The notes beneath the pieces were generated by a model. The model saw only the letters and a list, made by a program, of their open reading frames with translations. It had not been told where the DNA came from and made no database searches. Source: Candidatus Woesearchaeota archaeon (GTDB lineage Archaea > Nanobdellota > Nanobdellia > Woesearchaeales > SKGA01). From it: DNA of 45,121 nt. The stretch lies in NCBI GenBank assembly GCA_007117735.1, contig SKGA01000030.1, forward strand, positions 1 to 45,121, read 5' to 3'. The position numbers were made by a program, and so were the translations under genes. Each line of letters starts with the position of its first letter. Position 1 is the stretch's first letter. Of the stretch, positions 24,641-32,550 are shown in pieces.

Positions 24641-24871
24641 CTAATTATATTTTTTAAAGCCTAAACTTAAGGCGTTATCTCTAAAGCAATGTCGGCAAAT
24701 TTTTAATCCGTACTTTGAAATGTGACCGCCTGTACGTCCACAAACATCACATTTTTTCGTGGATTCACCGAATTTTCTGTCTCGAGGAGTGTTGTGCTTA
24801 AGGTATTTAGCATACTTACCTGGTTTATGACCAATTTGTTTGAGTACTTTTGTATGATCTGAAGTTGTCAT
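24641..24871 (-). CDS. rps14: 30S ribosomal protein uS14 (zinc-binding type)
   Basis: Contains CDVCGRTGGHISKYGLKICRHCFR (CxxC...CxxC). At 76 aa it is somewhat longer at the N-terminus than typical archaeal S14. Confidence 0.9.
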   Translation of the reverse strand: MTTSDHTKVLKQIGHKPGKYAKYLKHNTPRDRKFGESTKKCDVCGRTGGHISKYGLKICRHCFRDNALSLGFKKYN

Positions 24872-24874
24872 TTT

Positions 24875-25390
24875 CTATTCCTCCAAAGCAACGCCAAACC
24901 GTTCGGTCATAAAGTCAATTGCTTCTTTTTTATCTATCATATGCGATTTACCAACAGATGCTTTGTGTAATTTTCTTTTTTTCACACGAAAGCCTGGTCG
25001 CGCTAATGTTAAGGAAACTTGTAAACCTAAGATACCAATTTCAGTATCGTATTTTACTTCAGGAATATCTACATATTCATGAATCCCGAAGGAAATATTT
25101 CCGTGATTGTCAAACCAAGATTGTTTAATCTTTTTCTCTTTTGCCGCTAAAAGTCGCTCTGTTAACTTGTACACTTGATCTCCTCGAAGCGTGATTTTTG
25201 CTCCAATAGGAAGACCTGGTCGTAAGCCCCATGCAGCCAAACGTTTTTTGGTAGTTGTTTGAACTGGAGGAACACCAGTGATGTGTTCAAGAAGTTTTAT
25301 AGCTTTTTTTAGTACACGGTCGTCTCGACCAGCACCAATATTTAGCGTCAATTTCTCGATTTTAATTTCTTTCATTACGTTCATTTTCAA
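24875..25390 (-). CDS. rpl5: 50S ribosomal protein uL5
   Basis: Contains IEKLTLNIGAGRD and NISFGIHEYVDIPEVKYD. The start could instead be one of the nearby internal Met codons. Confidence 0.9.
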   Translation of the reverse strand: MKMNVMKEIKIEKLTLNIGAGRDDRVLKKAIKLLEHITGVPPVQTTTKKRLAAWGLRPGLPIGAKITLRGDQVYKLTERLLAAKEKKIKQSWFDNHGNISFGIHEYVDIPEVKYDTEIGILGLQVSLTLARPGFRVKKRKLHKASVGKSHMIDKKEAIDFMTERFGVALEE

Positions 25391-25401
25391 AACCTGTACA
25401 A

Positions 25402-26094
25402 TTATTCTACTGTAATAATTGGCTTGTTTTTTCCAATAACTACTGCGTAAGATCTTTTAGTCTTAAAAGAATCTTCGCCAACCTTTACGGTAACGTGAGT
25501 GTTGTCAATATCTTGAAGTTGAGCAACAGCACCTACGTGTCGACCACCAATTAAGAAAACTGGAGCGTCTTTTGTAAAAGGAAAATGATCTGCGATTTTC
25601 TGACCTGGAAGTTCAAGAAGTAAAGAATCACCAATAGCATAAGCTTTTGCTTCATCAACTAATATGTTTCTTCCATCAGATAAGTTAAGCTGAACTTTAC
25701 CTTTCTTTAAAGAAGTTTTTCCAACAATTTTGGAAATTTTCGTTTTCGCTTCTTTTTCAGAAATAGCAACAGGAGCTAACTTGTTTTTTGAAGTAACTGT
25801 TAATCGGTAAAAAGACTTTGCTTTAGGAAGACTTACAACATCAAAAAGACCAACCGGTCTTTTATTATCGTGGCAAACATCTCCATCGATAAGACAGTCT
25901 TTGTTATGAAGAACATACTTTACTTCTTTTTGTGTGTGAACTACGCCAATAAGATCTCGTAAGAAAACACTGATAGGAATTTGATGTTCCAATTTATGCG
26001 GACCAGGGAATGGTCGAGCAATAAAAGTCAATGTTTTTTTAGGAATAGGCCAAGTTTTAGGACTTGCAAGACGTTTTAAATGTAATTTTACCAT
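25402..26094 (-). CDS. rps4e: 30S ribosomal protein eS4
   Basis: Starts MVKLHLKRLASPKTWPIPKK...FIARPFPGPHKLEHQIPISVFLRD. Confidence 0.9.
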   Translation of the reverse strand: MVKLHLKRLASPKTWPIPKKTLTFIARPFPGPHKLEHQIPISVFLRDLIGVVHTQKEVKYVLHNKDCLIDGDVCHDNKRPVGLFDVVSLPKAKSFYRLTVTSKNKLAPVAISEKEAKTKISKIVGKTSLKKGKVQLNLSDGRNILVDEAKAYAIGDSLLLELPGQKIADHFPFTKDAPVFLIGGRHVGAVAQLQDIDNTHVTVKVGEDSFKTKRSYAVVIGKNKPIITVE

Positions 26095-26095
26095 T

Positions 26096-26470
26096 TTATT
26101 TATTCACCTTTTTCATTCGACGTTTATCATCTTTTAATGAAACAATAAGTACATTTGAAGCGTGAATTGGGTAGGAAACTTTTCCACCGTCTTTTTTAGC
26201 TAACTCAGCTCCGGAAACATATACTTTTTCTCGAGCAACATCTACTCGGGAAACTTCGCCTTCAAGAGATTTGAACTGACCACGTTGGATTTTAACCCGG
26301 TCACCAGATCGAACACGAAGTGTTTTCACATTATGTTTTTGTTGTAAATCTTTACTTAATGGAGCATTAAGGAAAGATCCTTTTCTATGAAGAGGAGCAT
26401 TAAACCGATACTTTCGTTGTTTTCGCGGCTGAATGCTTTTTAACCAATGAAGAGAAAAAATAGATTTCAT
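26096..26470 (-). CDS. rpl24: 50S ribosomal protein uL24
   Basis: KOW motif LRVRSGDRVKIQRGQFKSLEGEV, in the expected operon position. Confidence 0.85.
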   Translation of the reverse strand: MKSIFSLHWLKSIQPRKQRKYRFNAPLHRKGSFLNAPLSKDLQQKHNVKTLRVRSGDRVKIQRGQFKSLEGEVSRVDVAREKVYVSGAELAKKDGGKVSYPIHASNVLIVSLKDDKRRMKKVNK

Positions 26471-26471
26471 T

Positions 26472-26873
26472 TTATACCACCATATTTGCTACTTTGATAA
26501 CCGCAGGCCATCGAGTCGCAACTTCTTTTGCTACAGGACCTTTAAAGATAGTACCTTTTGGATTTCCTTTTTCATCTTTTAAAACAACAGCAGCGTTATC
26601 TTCAAAGGAAACTCGAGTACCGTCAGGTCGTCGATATTCTTTTCTTTGTCGAACAATAACAGCATATACTACTTTTTTTCGCATATCAGGACGTCCTTTT
26701 TTAACAGCTGCAACAACCATGTCACCAACACCTGCACCAGGAATTCGTCCTTTAACTGTTTTTTTTCGTTTGACACCAGTGATCTTGATAAGTTTAGCAC
26801 CTGAATTATCGCAAGTGGAAATAACAGAACCAACTTGAAGACCATCAGATACTTTACCTTTAATTGCTTTCAT
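26472..26873 (-). CDS. rpl14: 50S ribosomal protein uL14
   Basis: Contains LQVGSVISTCDNSGAKLIKITGV and FEDNAAVVLKDEKGNPKGTIFKGPVAKE. Confidence 0.9.
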   Translation of the reverse strand: MKAIKGKVSDGLQVGSVISTCDNSGAKLIKITGVKRKKTVKGRIPGAGVGDMVVAAVKKGRPDMRKKVVYAVIVRQRKEYRRPDGTRVSFEDNAAVVLKDEKGNPKGTIFKGPVAKEVATRWPAVIKVANMVV

Positions 26874-27138
26874 TTTCTTGCTCCTTATTTACCACTTCAA
26901 TTACAATGAAGTTTTTAGTCTTAGAAAGAGGTCTTGTTTCTTGAATTTTGACAATATCTCCTTCCTTTGCATCAATTGATTCAGGATTATGAGCGCTTAC
27001 TTTACTTCTCCGTTTCGCATAACGCTGAAACTTTGGAATAAGAACTCTTCGTTCCCACTGAACGACAACCGTCTTATTCATTTTTGCACTCACAACCTTA
27101 CCTGTGAATGTTTTACCACGAATACTTATATTTTCCAT
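26860..27138 (-). CDS. rps17: 30S ribosomal protein uS17
   Basis: Contains GKVVSAKMNKTVVVQWERRVLIPKFQRYAKRRSKVSAHNP and GDIVKIQETRPLSKTK. Confidence 0.9.
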   Translation of the reverse strand: MENISIRGKTFTGKVVSAKMNKTVVVQWERRVLIPKFQRYAKRRSKVSAHNPESIDAKEGDIVKIQETRPLSKTKNFIVIEVVNKEQENESN

Positions 27139-27383
27139 CGTTTTGAACTCCTTATTTTTAATCTATCTTCGAGACGTTTTGTAATCTCGTTTCCTGGAAT
27201 GAATGTGTTTTCTATGAAAAAATCAGATCCTTTTTTCAGGATGATTTTCTCTTCTCCCGAATCCGTTTGAATTCGAAAGGATTGTTTCGTTTCATCGACA
27301 ATAACGCCTGACAATCCAACAAGTGAGTTGTTCGTCGAAGCGTGAACGTTGAGAGGTTTGCCAATGAACGGTTTATTTACCAT
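27126..27383 (-). CDS. rnp1: RNase P protein component 1 (Rpp29/Pop4-like)
   Basis: Contains LVGLSGVIVDETKQSFRIQT (Sm-like barrel). It holds the conserved archaeal position between SUI1 and uS17. Confidence 0.8.
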   Translation of the reverse strand: MVNKPFIGKPLNVHASTNNSLVGLSGVIVDETKQSFRIQTDSGEEKIILKKGSDFFIENTFIPGNEITKRLEDRLKIRSSKRWKI

Positions 27384-27690
27384 GTTTTAGCTCTATGGTT
27401 TCAGGTGCGAAACCAAAATCAACTAAAGCATCTTTAATTGAATTGAGGTGGTTTCCTTGCAATTCAACCATATCTTTTTTTGAAGTTCCACCACAAGCGA
27501 ACTTGTTTTTTAACTTCTTTGCGATATCTTTGATATCAATTTCTGAAGTGTTAAATCCTTCAATTAACGTATATTGTTTTCCAAACTTTTTTCGGATAAT
27601 GGAAACCGAAATTTTTTGATTTTCCTTTGCAATATTGTCCCAAGCGGAAAGTTCTTTTGGAAGACCTGTTATTGGATCGAATTCAACCAT
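27373..27690 (-). CDS. sui1: Translation initiation factor SUI1 (aIF1)
   Basis: Contains KFGKQYTLIEGF and KLKNKFACGGTSKKDMVELQGNH. Confidence 0.9.
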   Translation of the reverse strand: MVEFDPITGLPKELSAWDNIAKENQKISVSIIRKKFGKQYTLIEGFNTSEIDIKDIAKKLKNKFACGGTSKKDMVELQGNHLNSIKDALVDFGFAPETIELKHGK

Positions 27691-27691
27691 T

Positions 27692-27871
27692 TTACTCCTT
27701 TAGGGAAAGCAATCGTGCGATTGTCTTCTTTAATTGTTTCACTTGACCAGGGCTTTTAGGTGCAGTACCTGTAGCTGCTTGGCCATTTAATTTAAGTAAA
27801 TCTCTTTTTGCTTCTAAGAGTTTTTTCTCTCGATCAGCAGGAGATAATTCTTTTAATTTGTCAAACTTCAT
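27692..27871 (-). CDS. rpl29: 50S ribosomal protein uL29 (59 aa; below the ORF-track length cut-off)
   Basis: ATGA overlap with the uS3 stop. The translation is MKFDKLKELSPADREKKLLEAKRDLLKLNGQAATGTAPKSPGQVKQLKKTIARLLSLKE. The stop lies 1 nt before the SUI1 start, and the gene fills the expected operon slot. Confidence 0.85.
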   Translation of the reverse strand: MKFDKLKELSPADREKKLLEAKRDLLKLNGQAATGTAPKSPGQVKQLKKTIARLLSLKE

Positions 27872-28695
27872 TGTTCTTCACCATCTTTCTGAGATTTTTC
27901 TTCTTTTTCAGAAGGTTTTTCTTCAGAGGACTTTTTTGATTCTGATTTCTTTGTTGATGTTTTTTTGGAAGTTTTCTTAGAGGAAGATTTTTTAGAAGAA
28001 GTCTTCTTTTTGGAAGCTTTTTCTTCTCGTTCTTTTACTTCAGCTTCTAAGGATTCGTCCTTTACTTCTGAAACTTCAACTGCAGCAGCTTCTCGTTCTC
28101 GTTTATCAAAAGAGATCTGATCTGGAAGTTTTGTTGAAGCAGGCATGATTCGAACTTGAATACCAACAACGCCGGTTTTTAGAGTAACAAAGTCTTTTGC
28201 AGTGTCAACACCAGTAATTGCTAAGTCTCCACATTTCTTCATGTAACCATCAGCGAATCGCCATGTTTTTGCTCGACTTGAAGGAATTTTACCTGAGATA
28301 AGAATCTCAACACCTAAAGCTCCTGAACGCATAATGCCTTCAATTGATTTATGGCCAATTCCTTTGAATCGTTGCGTACCAAATCGATCAAGTTGATTTA
28401 CGATACTTTCTGCAACAACACGAGCATCAGAGTTATAATCTTTAATTTCTTCAATTTCAATTTGAGGATTTTCAAGATCGAACTGAGCTTTTAAGTCAGC
28501 AGTTAATTTTTGAATAGTAGAACCACCACGACCAACAACAAGACCAGGTCTTGAAGCAACAACAACAATTCTGTCACCAACGCTTGTTCGTTGTAGTTTT
28601 ACATCACTTAAACCTACTCGGGAGAGAGATTCTTTGATGTATTCTTTGATACGGAATTCTTTAAAGTTTTGAGCAACAAATTTTCGTTCAATCAT
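27868..28695 (-). CDS. rps3: 30S ribosomal protein uS3 with K/S/E-rich C-terminal extension
   Basis: KH domain VVGRGGSTIQKLT. The last ~70 aa are low complexity (KKKTSSKKSSSKKTSKKTSTKKSESKKSSEEK...). Confidence 0.9.
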   Translation of the reverse strand: MIERKFVAQNFKEFRIKEYIKESLSRVGLSDVKLQRTSVGDRIVVVASRPGLVVGRGGSTIQKLTADLKAQFDLENPQIEIEEIKDYNSDARVVAESIVNQLDRFGTQRFKGIGHKSIEGIMRSGALGVEILISGKIPSSRAKTWRFADGYMKKCGDLAITGVDTAKDFVTLKTGVVGIQVRIMPASTKLPDQISFDKREREAAAVEVSEVKDESLEAEVKEREEKASKKKTSSKKSSSKKTSKKTSTKKSESKKSSEEKPSEKEEKSQKDGEEQ

Positions 28696-29150
28696 TGTGC
28701 AACACCTTTTTTGACTTCTTGTTCTTGAACAACAACTTCGATGTGTGTTCGTTTCATTGCTCTTCTTCGCTGCCGTCCTTGATGGAACGGTGTTGATGCT
28801 TTATGAGCACAAAGATGAACAATTTTTAGATCATCGCCTAAACCTTGGTGAGCAGCGTTAGCAGAAGCAGAAAGAATAATTTCTTTGATTGCCTTTGCAG
28901 CTTTCACAGGGAAACGACCAGCAGCAAAATTACCTTTTCGGTGACCAACACCATCAGTAAATCTTGTGTATGCGATCGGAACTTTCAAAGCAATAACGTT
29001 GTCTAAATAAGCAACAGCTTTCTCAACAGATAAACCTCGAAGAGCTTTACAAACATTGATAGAAGCTTTTGTAGAGATACCTAAATCTCGACCGTATGCT
29101 TTAGCACAATCTGAGCCAAATTTTTGAAATGCATAGTTTGTTTTTGTCAT
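28692..29150 (-). CDS. rpl22: 50S ribosomal protein uL22
   Basis: Contains AKAYGRDLGISTKASINVCKALRGLSVEKAVAYL. Confidence 0.9.
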   Translation of the reverse strand: MTKTNYAFQKFGSDCAKAYGRDLGISTKASINVCKALRGLSVEKAVAYLDNVIALKVPIAYTRFTDGVGHRKGNFAAGRFPVKAAKAIKEIILSASANAAHQGLGDDLKIVHLCAHKASTPFHQGRQRRRAMKRTHIEVVVQEQEVKKGVAQ

Positions 29151-29160
29151 TTTTTAGCCT

Positions 29161-29523
29161 CTATCGTTTTGGTTTGTTGGTAACCCCTACACTGGTGTGC
29201 GTTGCTTTTCTTCGAGTAAGCGCATATTCACCAAAGTAATGACCAATCATTTCTTCTTTGAGAAGTATTGCTTGAAAACCTTTACCAGTATGAATTTGAA
29301 CTGTTTTTCCAACCATAGATGGAAGTACAATCATGTCTCGTAAGTGAGTTTTCACGTTGTTCTTTTTGTTAATTTTCTCGATAAGTTTTTTATGCGTATC
29401 TGAAAATCCTCGCTTGATTGTTCGTCGTTGACGAGCTGGAAAAATTTCAGCTAACTCTGATAAAGAGAGTTGCTTTAATTCATCAAGCGTCTTGGAGTTA
29501 AATTTGAATTCTTTTAATGCCAT
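29161..29523 (-). CDS. rps19: 30S ribosomal protein uS19
   Basis: Contains VLPSMVGKTVQIHTGKGFQAILLKEEMIGHYFGEYALTR. The ATG at 29523 is preceded by AGGTGAT-N4; the tracked start is a GTG within that Shine-Dalgarno site. Confidence 0.9.
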   Translation of the reverse strand: MALKEFKFNSKTLDELKQLSLSELAEIFPARQRRTIKRGFSDTHKKLIEKINKKNNVKTHLRDMIVLPSMVGKTVQIHTGKGFQAILLKEEMIGHYFGEYALTRRKATHTSVGVTNKPKR

Positions 29524-29536
29524 ACATATCACCTAT

Positions 29537-30241
29537 TTAACGACCACGACCTGTTTTTCGTGCTCTTACAGCTCCTACTTTTCTACCAGGAGGTGCGTTC
29601 TTTGGTGCAGGTTTAGCTTTTGATTTACGTAACGTACGTTTGTTCCCAAACGGGTGCGCTACAGCATTCATTGCACTTGCAGAGACAACTGGCCAATATT
29701 TGTTTCGTGCTTTTGCAGCATAAAACTTGTTACCAGCTTTCAAGAACGGTTTATCAACTCGTCCGCCACCTGCAACAACACCGATCATTGCTTTACAATT
29801 AGGATGAAATTTTTTCTGTTTCTTTGAAGGTAGTTGTAAGACAACACCGTCTTTTGCTTTACTCACTACTCGTGCTGAAGCACCGCTTGAACGAACAAGT
29901 TTACCGCCGTCATTAGGCCGTAACTCGATGTTACAAACAATTACTCCTTCAGGAATAGATTTTAGAGGTAGAACATTGCCGTTTTTTAGTTCAGCTTCGT
30001 CACCGAAAAAAACTTGATCGCCAACCATTAAACCTTCTGAAGCGATGGAATAACCGATTTCTCCATCATCATAATATAATTGAGCTAGAGGTGCACTATG
30101 ACCTCTACAGTGAACTAAATCCATAACTAAAGCATTCTCTTTATGAGGTAAGATTTTTGCTTCGCCTTTAAATTTGAATGAAGGACTTCGGAACGTTTGT
30201 GAACCTTTCCCTCGTTTTTGTGTTGTAATTGGTTTACCCAT
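29537..30241 (-). CDS. rpl2: 50S ribosomal protein uL2
   Basis: Contains GNVLPLKSIPEGVIVCNIELRPNDGGKLVRSSG and SAMNAVAHPFG. Confidence 0.95.
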   Translation of the reverse strand: MGKPITTQKRGKGSQTFRSPSFKFKGEAKILPHKENALVMDLVHCRGHSAPLAQLYYDDGEIGYSIASEGLMVGDQVFFGDEAELKNGNVLPLKSIPEGVIVCNIELRPNDGGKLVRSSGASARVVSKAKDGVVLQLPSKKQKKFHPNCKAMIGVVAGGGRVDKPFLKAGNKFYAAKARNKYWPVVSASAMNAVAHPFGNKRTLRKSKAKPAPKNAPPGRKVGAVRARKTGRGR

Positions 30242-30252
30242 AGATCATCACC

Positions 30253-30501
30253 TTACATTAATTCGAGCTTTGTTGCTAAATCAACTGCAGGTGTATCTTC
30301 TGCAAGAGTTACATAAGCTCGTTTTTTTCCATCAGGACCGATTAAAGTATTAACGGAAACTATTTTTATATCGAATAAAGACATTAATTCATCTTTAATC
30401 ATGCTCTTTGTTGCTTTCTTATCAACTAAAAATAATAATTTATTTTCAGATTCCATAAGACGAATTGCTTTTTCTGTTGCTAGAGGAGCTTTGATAATCA
30501 T
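30253..30501 (-). CDS. rpl23: 50S ribosomal protein uL23
   Basis: Contains IIKAPLATEKAIRLMESENKLLFLVDKKATKSMIK. Confidence 0.9.
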   Translation of the reverse strand: MIIKAPLATEKAIRLMESENKLLFLVDKKATKSMIKDELMSLFDIKIVSVNTLIGPDGKKRAYVTLAEDTPAVDLATKLELM

Positions 30502-31319
30502 TGTGCGCCACCTTCAGTGAATAATTTTCTTTGCGAAAGAACATCAAGTGCTCCGTCAGTAAATAATGTTAATCTACCTTCATGTGTACCAGGTGCTAGT
30601 AACTCAGCGTTTAAGCTTGTTACTGGGATAACATCTGCTCCTTGAATGTTTGCTGCTGCTTTTAGTAAAGGACAGTCTTTTGAAACAACAAATAAGAAAG
30701 ATTTCTTTGTAATTGTTTTTCGACCTCGTCGTTTCCCAACACCAGCTCGGATTGTTGTAGTAGATGCTCTAACAAGTTCATCTTCGAAACCTAACGTTTT
30801 CAATGCAAGAACAACATCTTTTGTTTTTGCAATATCTTCAAAGGTAGTATCTAATATGAAAGGGAAGCCTTTTGGAACTTTATGTCCTCGTTGTGCTACA
30901 AGATCAGCAGACATTGTTGCTGCAAGAGCAGAACGAATAGCTTTTCGCTTTTCTTTCACATTGATTTTTTGATCCCAAGATTTTTCTGCTTTTGGAGGGT
31001 GAGCTCGTCGACCACCAACCGTTTGCGGAGCAAATGCGCCAACAAAGTAAAATCGGGTACCTCGTCGATTTAATACTTTTCGAGGAGTTCTACTCTGACC
31101 GATACCGTATGTACCTCGGTATGCACGTCGTCGTTTTGAAAGGTAAGCAGAGTATTGTTTACCTGCTTCTGGACTCGCACCATATCGTTGACGTCTTGCA
31201 GCTTGAAGTGCAAGTACTGCTCGTTTGATTAAATCTTTTCGAACAGGTTCAGAAAACTGATCTGGAAGCGTGATTGTTTTTGTTTCGCTATTTTTTTGAT
31301 CAACTACTTTTAATTTCAT
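30498..31319 (-). CDS. rpl4: 50S ribosomal protein uL4
   Basis: Contains RQRYGASPEAGKQYSA and GGRRAHPPK. The ATG at 31319 is preceded by AGGTGAT-N4; the tracked start is a GTG within that Shine-Dalgarno site. Confidence 0.9.
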   Translation of the reverse strand: MKLKVVDQKNSETKTITLPDQFSEPVRKDLIKRAVLALQAARRQRYGASPEAGKQYSAYLSKRRRAYRGTYGIGQSRTPRKVLNRRGTRFYFVGAFAPQTVGGRRAHPPKAEKSWDQKINVKEKRKAIRSALAATMSADLVAQRGHKVPKGFPFILDTTFEDIAKTKDVVLALKTLGFEDELVRASTTTIRAGVGKRRGRKTITKKSFLFVVSKDCPLLKAAANIQGADVIPVTSLNAELLAPGTHEGRLTLFTDGALDVLSQRKLFTEGGAQ

Positions 31320-31328
31320 ACCAATCAC

Positions 31329-32312
31329 CTAGTTTCCTTGTTTAGAATCTTTACTAATGAATTCAACAGCAGGTAAAGATTTCTTTGCATGAGCTCGGAA
31401 TGGAGCTGTAAATGTAATAAGTCGTTTCTTTGCACCTTGTAATGAACCTCGAACAAGTAAGCATGGTTGTTTTACTTCACCGTAGGTGATGAAACCGCCA
31501 GCAGGATTTACTTCTTCAGGTTGTACAATTGCAAGTACTTGATTATTATACTGTGTTCGTTGATGGTAACCCATTTGACCAGAGAATGCAACTCGGTACA
31601 TGCTATGACCTTGAGCAATCCAACCACCTAAAGAACCGGGACCTCGAATAGTCTTTTCGGATTTGTGACTTCGAAGATTAACTCCGAATCGTTTTACCGG
31701 ACCTTGATTACCTTTTCCTTTAGTTACTGCTCGTGAATCAAGCATATCGCCTGGTTGAATAATATCTTGAACAGAAATTTCTTTTTGCGCAAGTGTTTTT
31801 GCTAACTGTGCTTGTTCTTGAACAGAACCGCTGAGAGGAAGTTCGAAAACTTCTGGAGTTTTTTTACCAACACCTGCGTGGTGAGGTTGCGTATACACTT
31901 GTACAGTAATATGAGTGATGTTGTCTAAAGGAACTTTTTCAATATCGTCAACAGAACCTACTGCTGCTTTTGGAACTGCCTTTCGAGCAAATTCTTTTCC
32001 TGTTTTTAAGAACACTTCTTGTTCAACAACGGATCCATACCCTTTTGAAGCATAGAATCGAACTGCTGAAACTTTTAGAGGAGGGCATTCAACTACTGTT
32101 ACAGGAATGCTAATTTTTTCTCCTTTTGTTGGAGAAGTTTTGCTAGTGTCAGTTGCTACTACATGAGTCATACCCGCTTTATAACCTGCAAAGCCAAGGA
32201 GTTTGCTTTCTTTTAAGATTGGCGTGTTTCTTACTCGAGCATACTGTCTACTTGCACGTACTCGAGGCCAAAATTGCATACTTCCATGACGTGGATTTTT
32301 TCTTTTTGCCAT
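31329..32312 (-). CDS. rpl3: 50S ribosomal protein uL3
   Basis: Contains PRHGSMQFWPRVRA, GYKAGMTHV and TKGKGNQGPVKRFG. First gene of the cluster. Confidence 0.95.
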   Translation of the reverse strand: MAKRKNPRHGSMQFWPRVRASRQYARVRNTPILKESKLLGFAGYKAGMTHVVATDTSKTSPTKGEKISIPVTVVECPPLKVSAVRFYASKGYGSVVEQEVFLKTGKEFARKAVPKAAVGSVDDIEKVPLDNITHITVQVYTQPHHAGVGKKTPEVFELPLSGSVQEQAQLAKTLAQKEISVQDIIQPGDMLDSRAVTKGKGNQGPVKRFGVNLRSHKSEKTIRGPGSLGGWIAQGHSMYRVAFSGQMGYHQRTQYNNQVLAIVQPEEVNPAGGFITYGEVKQPCLLVRGSLQGAKKRLITFTAPFRAHAKKSLPAVEFISKDSKQGN

Positions 32313-32550
32313 ATGTATTACACTTCTTTATTTTGAATAACTATTAGCCAAAAAATAAGATTCTAAGAACAGTACGAGAACAAAATATTGTATACGGTAC
32401 TGAAAAAAGATTTATTTTCAGGCCATCATATCATAAGCGTGACGTTATGAGTAAGGATAAGAAACCAAGAATTCTTTATAAAGGTTTTGTTTCTTAGATG
32501 GCTTATTTTCCTTAAAAAAAGAAAAAAACGCTTTTTTTCTGAAAAGAAGG

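Noticed and set aside
26494-26838. Antisense ORFs inside ribosomal-protein, gyrA, hef, secY and PolD genes. Examples are 26494-26838, 9073-9504, 7306-7692, 30646-30972, 35112-35453 and 39492-39908.
   Set aside because: All of them overlap strongly supported genes on the opposite strand or in another frame. They have biased S/F/L/C-rich composition and lack initiation signals.
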